This document shows, one piece after another, positions 1 through 11,830 of a stretch of 64,000 nucleotides of DNA. Each line of letters begins with the position of its first letter. Position 1 is the stretch's first letter. This stretch comes from Nageia nagi (taxonomy: Eukaryota > Plantae > Pinophyta). The DNA lies in contig JBITNC010000001.1 of NCBI GenBank assembly GCA_050084985.1, forward strand, positions 124,434,001 through 124,498,000. The letters run 5' to 3'. Made by a program: the position numbers and the translations under genes. The notes under the pieces are model-generated. The model was not told the origin of the DNA and did no database searches. It was given only the letters and a program-made list of their open reading frames with translations.

Positions 1-439
1 TGCTAATAAAATATATCCCTTTAGCTTCATATACATGTTGTTATATAGGTCAGTTATTTGGATTATATATTTTTTGTGTAGGTAAAGGAAAATATTTTAA
101 TGAGGGATTATTATTTCAATCTGGTGGAGATGGTAAAAAATATTAATATGGCTATGGATGTGGAGCTTTGACCTATGATATATTGGGTGTGAATGGTGGT
201 TATTGCTAAGGTTGAGATGGCTCCAGCTACCACTTATTGGATGGCCATGGTTAGGATTGTTGGCTCTTCTAGTTTTGTTAAGGTCAAGATTGGGATTTCC
301 AATCTGGTTAAGGCCATTGGGAGACTTTTTACCATAAGATATATTGAAAGGATCATATCCATAGAACATACCTAGTTGATAGATACCCTAATTAAAATTT
401 TTATAAGGCCTCCTTTGTGAAATGAAGTATAGGTATTCT

Positions 440-1100
440 ATATCACCAACCTCTGGTTGTTTCAATGCTAACTTTGCTGCAAAAAGATGCTTATAGAGAT
501 CTATAGGATGGCTCTTCTCATATATATTACATATGGTTATCTTTTCCATGGGGCATTCATGGAGAGCATGTCTCTTCTTACCTCTTGAATAGTATACTGA
601 TTCAATATTATTTTTAGTATTCTTCTACAACATGTCCATAGAGGTGGCAATGTGCCTAATAGTCCAGTCTTTATGTTCTCTAATATGTTACTTAGTTTAA
701 TTATAGTGACTCCAAGTGTGGAGCCTCCAACAACCCTTGTATTTCATATGGAAGGCCTTATACTTAAATAGTTGATACATTGACCTATAATATCTCTAAT
801 AGAGAGCAGAGAAATATTTCTTCCTACCATGATATTGAGGGTGTTCATGGAATCATCTTTGAGACCTTTTAAAAATACTAATCTTATCACATCCTCAAAA
901 AGAACTAAGTCTTCTATTTGCTTCATAAATATGAATATTTCAATGTAACCCTCTAGTGATTCCTCTTCCTTTTGAGAAATCCTAAAAACTTCTCCCTTTC
1001 TATCTCTATCCTTACAATAATCTTGGTATTTGTTCAGGAAAACTATCTTCATCCAACTATGTGTAGCACCTCCGTAACTAGTGATTTAATTTTCAGCAAA
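440..1100 (-). pseudogene. gag: Gypsy gag remnant (capsid-like region plus Cys/His knuckle)
   Basis: ORF 744-1052 FLNKYQDYCKDRDRKGEVFRISQKEEESLEGY matches the retrotransposon gag Q-x-x-x-E-S-L motif. Downstream RHALHECPMEKITICNIYEKSH is a decayed knuckle. Stops and frameshifts are present. Confidence 0.75.
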
Positions 1101-1205
1101 ACTCATAAATTAGTGTATAACTACATCCTTCAATGTATATGGATTTGAGCTTATATTCATCATTCATATAGTCATAAGTTTGACACAATATTTAAAACTC
1201 AAAAA

Positions 1206-1269
1206 AGAATTCATCATGATATTTTATAGAATTCATCAAGATATTTTATAGAATTCATCATGATCTTTT
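1206..1269. repeat. 22-bp tandem repeat, 3 copies (AGAATTCATCATGATATTTTAT)
   Basis: Three near-identical consecutive copies are directly visible. Confidence 0.9.
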
Positions 1270-3249
1270 GTATATGGAGAGATATTCTTTATGGGAGTAT
1301 TGTTAGCCCCTTTAACTAGGAACTGAATAGGATACCTAAATGTATGAGGGGCTTGATCTTCACCATGTCAATTGTCCTCCTAGAATTATCCTCTTGGATT
1401 GCATATTTTGATGGTGAGTGACATCTTTATGATGGCTAATTTGGCTCATTATTTGGGTTTATTGAAACAAATTGAATGTACTATTATTGAATCCTCAATG
1501 GTGAATATAATTATTGTACATCCACATCAATAAATTGTCCACCTTTTAAAAATTGTTCCACTTCAAAATATTCTTCTAACTATATTCTAATATATTTTTC
1601 TTATTTTTAGGATGTTTTGATATAATGATCAAGGTTATCTCTTAATCTACTTATTCATCATCTTAATAACAACTAAGAACTACTAAAATTTCTTGAAAAA
1701 AAAAGAAATAATTTATAGTAAGGGAAATTCTACTTAGAACCTGATCTTTGAATTCCTTAATTCTTCTTGAGAGCTAACTAACTATTGCATTACCCAAGCA
1801 ACCCTTACGATCATTTCAACTATGAGGAATCTTTAGTGCCTTCCTAAGTTCAAAAATATTTCCACTATCATCCTTGAAAATGATTCCAAAAAAGTGATGA
1901 TTATTGAATAACTTTTAACTATGGTATTACTTATCTTACTTTCTCAAAGAAAGTTAATTTTCTATCACTTTAATTATCAACCTAGGGAACGATTTCAAAG
2001 AACCATTTCTCTATATGATCCATCATCTAGCTTTGGATTTTGTTGAGTACTTCTGATCTTACAAGAATTAAATTCTTATGTAAGGAAAAATAGGAATTGA
2101 AATGTTGAATGAAAAAATCTTATAGTCTTGTCTACCTTAGTTATCAACCACACTAAAAATAAAAGGAGTACAACATGCTCTACAACCTTTACTTATATTA
2201 CCTTCTATTTCTACCACTACTATAGAAATTCCTACAGATGTTGATCACCCATGGTGGGCCCTTGCAGGTTAAGAACTAAAAGTTCAATATTCTACCTTTA
2301 ACTTATCTATTTTAGCACATGAAAATTCAACTCATACATGTACTGAATAAAAGTGGAAGGGAAATTATAAGCTTCTTATTGAATCAAGTATAAAATATCA
2401 TTGCTACTTCCAAACATGGATTTTACATCCAATTACTTATAATATGAAATACCTAATTGCTAACAACTTAGTGCTTCTACTTGCATCAATAAATATAAAC
2501 CACTTAAGAGATTAAAAAACCTTTTTATACTAGATTAAATTGAGGACTACTCTAACTATTTCTAAAAATAAAAATTACTTTTACAATTTATTTGTTATAA
2601 TAGTCTCTAAATCATAGGAACTTGTCCCCTATAGAAGTGGGAAATTTAAAGAGCATGTTTTGAGAGTTTCCAATTGATCCATGACCTCCAATAGCCCAAA
2701 ATCCTTTCTTTATTGTGACATGCACCCTTCTTGAGTGAGGATTCATTTATTATATTTTTCTCTAACTTTGCACCTCTAAAATTAAGGTTCTATCATCTTT
2801 TTGTAGTTGTTTCTATAGTCATTTTTGCAACTATTTGATTACTTTTTCAAAATGCACCTATAATGCACCAATAGATCCAACATACCAAAAATGCATGGAT
2901 TTGATAATATCACACTTAAATATAACCAAACATAATTCACATTCATCCATTCATCATATAAAGTATAAGCATAAAATAGCGTTAATAGATATGGTATCCA
3001 TAGCATCAAAATAGGTTTATGAATTAGTTTGGGGATTTAACTTGAGCAAAATATCATAGTATAAGTCTTAAAATCCTAGACATATCAAGCACCCAACATA
3101 ATAAATGGGGGTCATTAGATCATTTACCTTACTCAAGCATGTGTCCTATCCCTAGACCTGCTTCTCCAAAATATATCCTTAGGATGCACAATCTCTCCCT
3201 ATTGCCTTCTAATGAACTTACATTAACAAAGATAATGGTCGATCATTAC

Positions 3250-3500
3250 TTAATGGTAATCTTGTTAATATATTTATATTATATACACATTTTCATTCTA
3301 TATATTTCTTAGGTGTTAATATAATAGGTATCATACATTAGCTCAAGTTCTCTCATATTATTCCCTTCTCTAATAGCTCTTGAACTTACCTATGCAACTT
3401 ATCAATCATTTTAAATGGATCCATATGATAAGGTCTTTTTTTATAGGCTTTTAATAGGGATCAAATTGATGTAGGTGAGATATTTATAATATATGGTAAT
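3250..3500 (-). pseudogene. Chromovirus (CRM-like) Gypsy reverse transcriptase N-terminal fragment
   Basis: Minus translation INLIP..PYHMDP..*VQELLEKGII*ENLS*CMIPIILTPKK..*KMCI*YKYINKITIK matches IDLIPG..QVQELL.KGLIRESLSPCAVP..LTPKKDG.WRMC.D.RAINKITIK. Confidence 0.75.
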
Positions 3501-3529
3501 ACTTATAGACACTACAACAAAAAGATGAT

Positions 3530-4035
3530 TTAGCATCAGGGCACACATCAAAATCTAGTGTAACTTAAAAAAAAAACAAAATATCATCGTAAGGTTTGAT
3601 GCTAACATACACATTAGCAATAGCATCATCAAAAAATATAATATTGCATGTTGTTTGGTGTCATATTGCATCTCAATTTTTATTAATAAACATCATTATT
3701 TACATCATAAAAAATGATTTGGTGTTATATATAGTGTCACAAAGTGTCATAATTAGCATCAATTCACATCACTATAGGTGTAATGAAAATATATTTTGCA
3801 TCATCAATAGTGGCATGTAGTATCTATTTTAGCATCAATGTATTCTAATTTAGCATCAATAATAGTATCCATGTAGCATCATCATTAGCATCAAGCTAGA
3901 TTATAATAATTTTTTTCATCATTAATAATGACATATTGCATCTATGATAGCATCAAATATGGCTAGTTATCCATCAAAATTTATGTTCATGTAACATCAT
4001 ATTTTGCATCACTCAAAAATTGTATTTAGTTAAAT
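3530..4035 (+). repeat. CACTA subterminal repeat array (TAGCATCA/TTGCATCA)
   Basis: More than 15 copies of T(A/T)GCATC(A) lie immediately inside the CACTA TIR. Confidence 0.85.
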
Positions 4036-4880
4036 TAGCATTTGTATTAGCATTAGGAAAAAAATTATTTTTTATTGTTTTTAATTGGAAATTATTTCTC
4101 ATATTATTTCAATGTTATTTTTTGATAAAATTTATTTTATTTATTTATTAATTCTCAATTATTGTGTATTTTTTAATATTATATTTTATTTTTTTATAAA
4201 TTAATTTAATTTAATTATTAGGTCTTAGTCTTAAACATATTTTTTATATTGTATTTTACTTTTTTATAAAATTAATTTAATTTATAAAATTAAAATAAAT
4301 TAAATAAATAAATATAAATATTAAATAAATATATTTATAATTAAGCCAAGAGGCATAACTACAGGTGCAGTATGGGGGAATGGAGAGCCGAATGTTGCAT
4401 TGGTTTCTATAAATAATATGTTGGCTATATTAAAAAATAATAATTTAAAAAAAATAGTTTCCTAATAAAAAATATATCTACATAACTATATAAATATGTC
4501 ACATAGTTCACAAAAAAATAAATTTAATTACATGTATTGAATAGAAATAAATTGCATAAAAATAATTATAATAATTTGAATAGGAGATTACAAATAATTG
4601 AAATTAGAGATAGACTCAAGAATGATATCTCTCAATGTTTTTTGATATATAAGGGGTTATATCAAAGCTAGTAAATACTAAATATGAAACTCAACTCAAG
4701 TCTTAAAATTCAACTCAATGCATAAGTTTAAATTTGAAGATATAAATATATCAAAATATCAAATCATATCATAAATGTAGCATAATATTAAATCATAATG
4801 TATCATGAATCAACATCATGATCATGTTCATGATCACTATTAAGCTCATAACAATTGTAGATGCTAAATTATGTAAAATG

Positions 4881-5516
4881 CAAATATACACAATAAATAA
4901 AATGATCTACAATATATAAAAAGCTAGATATGTACACTATATCAGATACAACAAATATACATGAAAAACATGCCCTTGATATAAATTGTATGTGTAATCT
5001 TCAAAAATAAATATTAATAGATATTTGGAGGATTGGGATCGAATTGGAGGCAAGCTTGTAATGGATCTTTGTATGCATAGACCAATAGCCCCTGCCAATG
5101 AAATTTGAAACCCTCGATTCTCAAGATGCACATTGTTAACAGCATTGAATATGATGAATTATGGAGTGCATAAAAGATAGAAAGTTTTAAAGATTGGAGT
5201 ACAACAATTTATCATAATAGGTGGCATCTAAATATATCGTTGCTTGATGAAGATTGTGGGAGATAATCACCTATAAAAGAGTTTCGATCTATGGAAGTCA
5301 ACTTATTCCACTTGCATATATAGCCTACAAAGACATAGAGAGGATTCAATACCCACCTTTAGCAATAATATAAAACTTTATTGTATTCAAGCATTTCATT
5401 GACCCTAGCATATTGTAATATAAGCTTTATCTTGACATTTGTTATATTGCCATAAGTTATTTAGAAAGTTTGAATATGATTTATTAAATAAATAATAAAT
5501 CATTTTTAGGCATCTA
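4881..5516. repeat. ~600-bp direct repeat, copy 1 (copy 2 at ~8314-8904)
   Basis: Collinear shared blocks, e.g. TGTAATGGATCTTTGTATGCATAGACCAATAGCC, CCCTAGCATATTGTAATATAA, TATGATTTATTAAATAAATAATAAAT. Confidence 0.9.
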
Positions 5517-6976
5517 TATTTTTTTCCTCTTTGGATGTGAAATGAAAAGCATTGAAATAGCATAATCTAAAGAAGTTTAGAGAAAAGAAGAAAATTTTCA
5601 ATAGTAAAGTGGACTTTCCTTTTTTGATTGATATGTTGAATATGATATGTCTTTTGATCCTTTTTAATCTTGTATTAACCCTTGCTGTAGCTTCTTCAAG
5701 GAATCAAGTCAAAAATTAGAATCCATGTATGAGGAGAGTAACTCTATTTGAGTCCTACTCTCTTGGATAATACCTTTTTTAGAATAATCCAATATAATCC
5801 TTGTATAGAATATATCCAATGAAATAATAATCAATTTAAAAAGCAAGGATGAAATAAATAGAATATCCATTGTGTTACTATGTTCATTAAGACACATAGT
5901 TCTATTAAACTATGATTATCAATATGATGAGGTCCTTTCATTTCCCAAGCTTGGAATAACCTACAATTTGTGAGAGATTTTGCTCATGGAGTGACCATGG
6001 CCTTAAAAATATTTGTTAGCATAACATTGAATTTTTATCCATCATTGAGATGATTCCACTTAACTTTCATAAAAGAGTACCCAATATTCAAATATACATT
6101 GGCCTTACTTATCAATTTAACATATTTGATCTCATTGCATTGATTGATTTTATTGATTTTCAAAGTAAAGGTACATCGCTGCAAGCATCATTTTTGTAGA
6201 ATTTTGTAAGTATATCTTTTGTAATTTTATTTAGTATTCCCATTACAGTGGATATTTATGAAATAATGGTATTTTCAAATAGATATTTAAGAATTTGTAG
6301 CATGCATAATTTGCAATGAATTTATAAGATACATACATTGATAACACCATAAAAATAGTAATATCAGACTTGCAAACTTGAATTATAGTCAATTAATAGT
6401 AAGTAATAATATTTTGCATCATAAAAATCATGAAAGAAAATTTTTGCATAACATAAAATTTTCTACATAAGCATTAATATGATCAAATTTTGACCCTATA
6501 TGCCTTTAGTCTCTGCATAAGTCATATAAGCATAATATTAGCCATTTAGAACTATTAAAATCATGATAGCCTTATTGATATTTGAAATAATCCATAATTT
6601 TATGTTAATCATATTGTTAATAACATTAACATGATAAAATTGATCATCCAAATAAAAAGCATATTCAATTGGAACTGAGTAACTACAATTTAGATATTCA
6701 ATATTCCAAAAAAATATGTTTATACAAAAATCAAAATTTTCCATATGCCTCTATTTTGACTTGGTTTGATAATTTAAAATTTTATCTTTTTCATCATGTA
6801 ACTTCTAGAAACATATTCCAAGACTTGAATCACTTACCAATTTTCTATAAATCATGTTGTTAATAGTGTGCATTTAATATAAACAATCATGAAAAATAGA
6901 AATGGTTAATTTTGCACTTTATGATTCTAAATTTTGAATTTTTAACTTATGATTTTTGACATCTGATTTCTATTAT

Positions 6977-7060
6977 GCCCCTAGCTGAAACTAATAGTCC
7001 CCTAACTGAAAAATTATATTGCCCCCAACTGAAATTGATACTACCCTCAACTAAGACTAT
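6977..7060. repeat. ~22-bp degenerate tandem repeat, 4 copies (CCCCTAACTGAAA core)
   Basis: GCCCCTAGCTGAAA, TCCCCTAACTGAAA, GCCCCCAACTGAAA and ACCCTCAACTAAGA occur in series. Confidence 0.8.
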
Positions 7061-8313
7061 ATCCATTTTTTCCTAATTTTCTCTTATTTATTTTTTATTT
7101 TTTAATATTTTTTTATAAAATGCAACTAATATGGAATGAATTGACTAGATACAAAACTACTTTATACATGAGACATTTGATTAGCATGGCAAATTTAAGA
7201 ATCTTAATGAGAGATAGAGATAAAAAAAATGTTTGATAAAAGAAGAAGACTTGATGAAATGATGAGGATGAAAAGATAAAAAAATAAAATAAGAAGCAAT
7301 AGAACATAATTGAAATATGAAGATATGATAATAGCATGATCAAAAAAATGATAAAATTTTCCATTGTAATCAAATGCATACAAGGGACTAACTTATGATA
7401 TGCAACCTAATGCATAATGAGAAACTATAATGAACTAATGGATGGTGTACGTAAATTGAATTCATCATAAGATTATTTGCTATTGTTACTTTGCACAACA
7501 TCCATATCCTTAGGCATTTTCTATTTAGAAGTAGGTGCAAATAAATCACTTATCATATTCAAACATTTAAGAAAATCACTTGTAGTTGTAGTATCCATGC
7601 AAGATTTATTATTTTACACAAAAATTTAAGAAATATAGAAAAATAAGCATTTTTACATCATACAAGATTAAAAATGAATTGCTCGCATGTATATCTATTA
7701 TGTGGGATAATTTTTATGATGCAGGACAAGTTTTATGATGCTAAAACTTTCAAAATTCAAGAAAATAACTTTCAAAATTTAGTCTTCATACAAAAATATT
7801 TTATTTGAAAATATTTAGAGATATTGATAAAAATGCATGTAATGAGCCCAAATTAATTTCAAAAAGTTATCTACTATGATGACCTATGATTTTGGTAAGT
7901 TTTTATTATGAAATAAGTCACCAAATAGTTACAAAATATTTTCAAAATTTATGATTGTTCAATGTGACCTTTTCTACCAAAATCAATAAAAATATACAAA
8001 TCTAGACTTAGAAAAATCAAAAAAAAAATCAATTATATTTATCTATGGTGTAGACAAATTTTTCTAATGCTAGATCTTACCAAATTGAATAAAATGACCT
8101 CCAAAAACTAGAATTTTCTTTTTTAAGAATTATTTTTTTCAAAGCAATAAAATTTTCTAAATTTGGAGAAAATCAACTCAATTGAAAAGAAAACAAAACC
8201 AAGGGTTTCTAGTGCAAGACTCCTCAGAAAAAGTGATGCCCTAAAATAAAAATTCTAGGGTTTGTAATATCAATTGAGTTTCATCAAAATGTAGACCCTA
8301 AATTGTGTACAAT

Positions 8314-8904
8314 ACAAATATACATAATAAGAAAAATGATATACAATATACAAAAAGTTAGATATATACATTATATCAGATATAGCAAATATACATGAAA
8401 AGTATGCACCTGATATAAATTGTATGTGCAATCCTCAAAAGTAAATGTTAATAGATCTTTGAAGGATTGGGATTGGATTGGAGCTGATATTGTAATGGAT
8501 CTTTGTATGCATAGACCAATAGCCTCTATTATCAAAATCTGAAACCCTCAATCCTCAAGATGCACTCTATTAATAATGTTGAATATGATGAATTATAAAG
8601 TGCATAAAAGATAGAGCATAGCAATTTCTCATAATAAGTGGCATATATAGACATCATTGCTTGATAAATATTACAAGATAAAACCACCTATAAAATATCT
8701 TGTCATATCAAAGAGTTTTAATCTATGAAGGTCAACCTATTCCACTCGTATATATAGCCTACAAAGATAAGCATACGACATTGCATTGGCCCTAGCATAT
8801 TGTAATATAAAATTTATCTTGACATTTGTAATATTGAAATAAGTCATTTAGAAATTCTAAATATGATTTATTAAATAAATAATAAATTATTTTTAGACAT
8901 CTAC
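8314..8904. repeat. ~600-bp direct repeat, copy 2
   Basis: Collinear with 4881-5516. Confidence 0.9.
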
Positions 8905-10420
8905 AATTATCACTATGTGCATCATCACAATCAGCACTACTCCTTAGCAATCTGATCCTCGACCTCTATTTGCAATAGTGGTGAACACTACAATAACTAA
9001 AAATTAAATAAATGTTAGTAAATAAATAAAAATTAAAATTCTTAATTATATAATAAAATAAATTAAAATCACATCAAATATCACTAATTATTTATTGCCT
9101 CCACTAATGTGATCAGTTTGTTGAAACCTTCTTTAAGTTCATAAGATAAGTCATCTGATGTTAGAAGTCTTCCAAATTTTTTGAAATATCAAAAACACAT
9201 ATTTAATTAAATAATATTACCATTATTTAATTATTTATTTTAAAATATTAAATAATTTACAAATATACTCACAAACATAGCCTTAATTCTTCTTTTTTCC
9301 TAAGCTACTAGTTCGATGCATACCACCTATAAAATTTGATCACTAAAACTACACATGGATGTAACTTTTTCTTGCATCGAGCATCCATTTGTGGACTTGC
9401 GGTGCTCTTAATCATCATTCAATATTTTTACCATTTGTTTCCATAGTTTCTTATTGCATATTGATGGTCTGGCATCCATACGATAATTTGGTTAAAGCAT
9501 TTTTATAGATCTTCTTAACACATCCCTTTTCCAATTCAAGTTGTAACTTATTATTTGGAGTTCTTTTTATGCACTTTACCCATTACCTCAATCTTTTATG
9601 AGGTCATCTATAATTTGTCTATTGGCTACAAAATACATAATTATAAAAAATAGTTTTTATTTTTTTATAAAATAAATTTTTAAATATCATTAAAAATATT
9701 TTTTAAAATTTATTATTTATAATAATTTATAAAAAAATACATTTTAATCTTGTTTTTTCCATGCAAGATACAATGTTGGATCAAAATACAGGAACACCAT
9801 CCTTGAGGTAATCATAAAAACTTTTCTATGAACAATATTTAAAAAAATTATTAAATTGATATATTACAAATTTATATATGAATATATATTTTTTTAAACA
9901 TCAAATCTTACGAGCTTCATTGCATATGAATTCATCATCTACTTTGACCCTTATTTCAATCATGTTTGCTCCCTTTTATGTTAAAAATGTAGAGTTCTCT
10001 TGATTAACTAACTTTGCACTTTGAACACTTACATCACCTTTACCAATTCAAAAATAAATAATTTCAAATATTACTTCATTCATAAATAAAAAAATTAACA
10101 AATTATTAAAAAAAAAATATTACCATTTGAAGTGCTTGAAAGCTATGGTCTAGCGCTTGTGGTATGAGTTCTAGAAGAAGTATCAATATCCAAATCTTAC
10201 TCAAATTCTTTGACAGTAAATATTCTTTTCATAATTTTAAACATTACTTTCACTAAATATCCATGAAAAAAATAAATTATTTTTTTTATAAAATCAAATC
10301 ATTAATTAAAATATATCAATATTACATTAATACATATTGATACTTACTATTGTTTTCTTATCATCTTCAATATCATAATCGAATTTCTCCCTTCAAGGTA
10401 TTTTCTTTTTGTTCATGATG
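8900..10420 (-). pseudogene. Multi-exon CACTA accessory gene remnant (TnpA/Ptta-like, tentative)
   Basis: Coding-like blocks alternate with very AT-rich short intron-like gaps that have minus-strand GT..AG ends. Peptide ARPSICNKKLWKQMVKIL resembles the P-x6-W-x-x-LV motif of En/Spm ORF2 proteins. The product is an inference. Confidence 0.4.
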
Positions 10421-10499
10421 ATCACTAAATAAAGTTAATCAAAAATTTAATATTATCAGTTTAATAAAGAAAAAAAATAATGTCAAAAAATTTAAATTT

Positions 10500-10855
10500 T
10501 AAACCTAAAGTCATAAATTTTGAAAAAAAAAATCTTAATGTTACAAATTAACAAAAAATTAAACATCATGTCATAAAAAGATAAAAATTAAGCCTAATGT
10601 CATAAATTAAAAATAATTAAGCATAATGTCATTAATTTTATTTGAAAAAATTAAGCCCAATGTCATAACCCTAATTTTTTTTCCAAAGTTCAAACCCTAA
10701 ATGTTTTTACTAAATTCCAAATCCTATATTATTTTTACAAAATCCTAACCCTAAAATTTTTTGTAAAATCCTAACTTTAAACCCTTAAAAACCTAACTCA
10801 GAACCCTTAACTCAAACCCCTAACCCTTAAATCCTAACCCTAACCCTTAAACCAC
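10500..10855. repeat. ~30-bp AAATTAAGCCTAATGTCATAA repeats grading into degenerate telomere-like (AAACCCT/TAACCC) repeats
   Basis: AAACCCTAA, TAACCCTAA and AACCCTTAA units at 10666-10852; telo-box-like. Confidence 0.8.
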
Positions 10856-11083
10856 TGCTATGATATAGATATTTAGTGTTGGGATACACATCACTTTTTT
10901 AAAAATTTTATCCTACATTAATTGCATTTTATGCCATCATATGGTATCATAAATCTAGTTTCACAATTTTTCAATGCTATTCGATGTAAATACCAATGCT
11001 AAGTCTGAATCGAATACTAAATCTATTTTTGAATCTAATTTTGATACTTTATGAATCTAAATGACTTGACTATTGACTCTATT

Positions 11084-11723
11084 TGTTAACACCTAAAAGG
11101 GGAATTTTGATTTAATTAAAATACCTTTTTAAATATTTTAAATGATTTATTTAATTTATTAAATAAATTCTCTTTTCTATGTACACTTTCATCTACATTT
11201 GTATTTTATGGTAATAGGTGGAGAAGTTATGCATAATCAAAGATATGACATGGCATGAAATAATATTGAATCCTTGATAAGTGTAAATATACTTATGTCA
11301 ATCTTGATCTGTGTTCTAAACACCACCTATCATCTTTAGATTTTGTTATTCTTTGAACTCTGCATTACTGTGATTGAGATTTGACACATCAAAAGTGGGA
11401 TGATGACATCGAGTGAAAGAGAAAGGCATTTTGGAATAGTGATTAGGTATTATTACTATTTTTTACCATAATTGTTGGTTCAAGCTTTGATTGGTGGATC
11501 TAAATTTTGGGAAAGCTCTTTGTTCATCCTCTTTTGATTGAATTTCACCTCCATTCATTATCACAAGTACAGGTTTGTATCTTTCTTTAATCTAGTTTTG
11601 ATAGGTCAGGATAAAATAGATCATTGTCATTTTTCATGTTATCAATTTCTTACTTTTAATAGTTAATTAGAGAATTTAATTATTCTATAAATAACCCTAA
11701 TAATTATAATTTTAGTTATAATA
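11084..11723 (+). repeat. 5' LTR of the Ogre/Tat element
   Basis: Collinear with 18805-19530, roughly 20% divergent by eye; lacks a ~60-bp segment present in the 3' LTR. Confidence 0.93.
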
Positions 11724-11725
11724 AT

Positions 11726-11743
11726 TGGTGAACCTAACTTCAT
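11726..11743 (+). other. Primer-binding site, tRNA-Trp-like
   Basis: TGGTGAACCTAAC, 2 nt after the LTR end, versus TGGTGAACCCGAC (complement of the plant tRNA-Trp 3' end); the two differences are CpG-type transitions. Confidence 0.7.
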
Positions 11744-11830
11744 TTTGATACATCATGTTATCCTTCACTAGTTGCACCAAAATCTTACAATTTTGGATAT
11801 AACTAAACTTACATTTTGAGTATTTCAAAA

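Larger units (their letters stand above)
1..3119 (-). mobile_element. 5' part of a decayed Ty3/Gypsy (non-chromovirus, Tat-like) LTR retrotransposon: 5' LTR ~2263-3119, PBS ~2247-2261, gag remnant, running off the left edge
   Basis: Minus strand at 2247-2261 reads GGGCCCACCATGGGT, close to the tRNA-Lys PBS TGGCGCCCACCGTGGG. The putative LTR starts TCTAATGACCCC (cf. TGTAATGACCC) at 3119. A gag-like ORF lies downstream. Confidence 0.7.

Noticed and set aside
4345-4410. Short GC-richer patch considered as an snRNA or tRNA fragment
   Set aside because: No convincing match to a known RNA and no cloverleaf; too short to call.
10666-10852. True telomere or chromosome-fusion site
   Set aside because: Short, degenerate, in a single orientation and embedded within a transposon.
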